64,000 nt of DNA from Octopus bimaculoides. Lineage: Eukaryota. The stretch's first letter is position 1. Each line of letters begins with the position of its first letter. Of the stretch, positions 63,089 through 64,000 are shown piece after piece. Below the pieces are notes generated by a model, which saw only the letters and a list, made by a program, of their open reading frames with translations, did no database searches and was not told where the DNA came from. Location: NCBI RefSeq assembly GCF_001194135.2, contig NC_068995.1, positions 55,930,642 to 55,994,641 of the forward strand, given 5' to 3'. Made by a program: the position numbers and the translations under genes.

Positions 63089-63700
63089 TGTGCGGTAAGC
63101 AGCTTGCTTTCCAACCACATGGTTCCGGGTTTAGTCCCAGTGTGCAGCACCTTCTGCTATAGCCTCGGGCTGACCAAAGCCTTGCAAATGGATTTGTTAG
63201 ACGGAAACTGAAAGAAGCCCTTCGTATATGTATAAATATATATGTGCGTATATGTTTGTATGTCTGTGTTTGTTCCCCCCACCACCATCGTATGACAACC
63301 GATGTTGGTGTGTTTACGTCCCCGTAACTTAACGGTTCGGCAAAAAGGACTGATAGAATAAGTACTAGGCTTACAAAGAATACGTCCTGGGGTCGATTTA
63401 TTATCATTTTTTTGGGGTGGAGCTGGTGCTTACTCCATCGTTTATTTTATTTTTTTTTTGTTGTTGCCTAACTGCTATTGTACGGGGACGGGACCACACC
63501 AACTCGGTTGTCAAGCGGTATTAGGGGACAAACACACACACACACACACACACGAAGAGGCTTCTTGCATATTCCGCCCACAAAATCCACTCTCAAGGCT
63601 CGGTCGGCCCTTCAATGTAGTAAATGACTCTAGCCCTAGAAGCAAGCAGTGGGATTGAACTCGGAACCACGTTGTTGGAAAGCAGACTTCCATACATAGG
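63085..63700. mobile_element. Two SINE family B copies tail to tail (63085-63402 +, 63495-63700 -)
   Basis: TGGCTGTGCGGTAAGCAGCTTGCTTTCCAACCACATGGTTCCGGG.. on +; the complementary motifs on -. Confidence 0.85.
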
Positions 63701-63940
63701 TTTATATATACGTATATATCTAATGATATATATGAGATATATATATATTATAATCAGTGGTAGATGCATGCATACAAACATACACAAGAAGATATAGGTG
63801 GATATGGATATAAATGTTATACAAATATCTTATGTTTTATAGATATATATAGTCATAGATAGATACATTTGCATATAACTAAGATATATTTCGACAAAAG
63901 ATTGGTCCAGGCCATGTCTAACTTAAGAGCACCAGCTGAT

Positions 63941-64000
<60 letters not shown>

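Overview
AT-rich, microsatellite- and SINE-dense eukaryotic draft scaffold with 12 N gaps. The repeat architecture suggests an octopus (coleoid cephalopod) genome; this is an inference. I could not recognise any host protein-coding gene, rRNA, true tRNA or CRISPR array, and almost all ORF-track entries are microsatellite, N-run or antisense artefacts. Identifiable content is transposon debris: two Tx1/L1-clade LINE 3' ends (1-730 +, 4375-4800 -), a decayed Ty3/Gypsy protease-RT (24.3-25.2 kb), two R4/Dong-clade fragments (49.2-50.2 and 61.0-61.7 kb), RTE fragments (24.05 and 59.9-60.7 kb), Penelope-like fragments, Tc1/mariner-pogo MITEs and more than 40 copies of at least three tRNA-derived SINE families. 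The strongest lead is a candidate Tx1 LINE/SINE partnership. One SINE copy ends in about 50 nt shared with both Tx1 3' UTRs, including a 4-bp hairpin with covarying stems directly before AATAAAG, and the main SINE-A family carries a hairpin with the same CUUGU loop. Other leads are a complete minimal type I hammerhead ribozyme motif (16122-16167), a ~155-bp inverted-repeat pair (2.4/3.5 kb), and TE-poor islands with promoter motifs and candidate exons that may be the 5' region of a large gene. All SINE boundaries are approximate and were read by eye.
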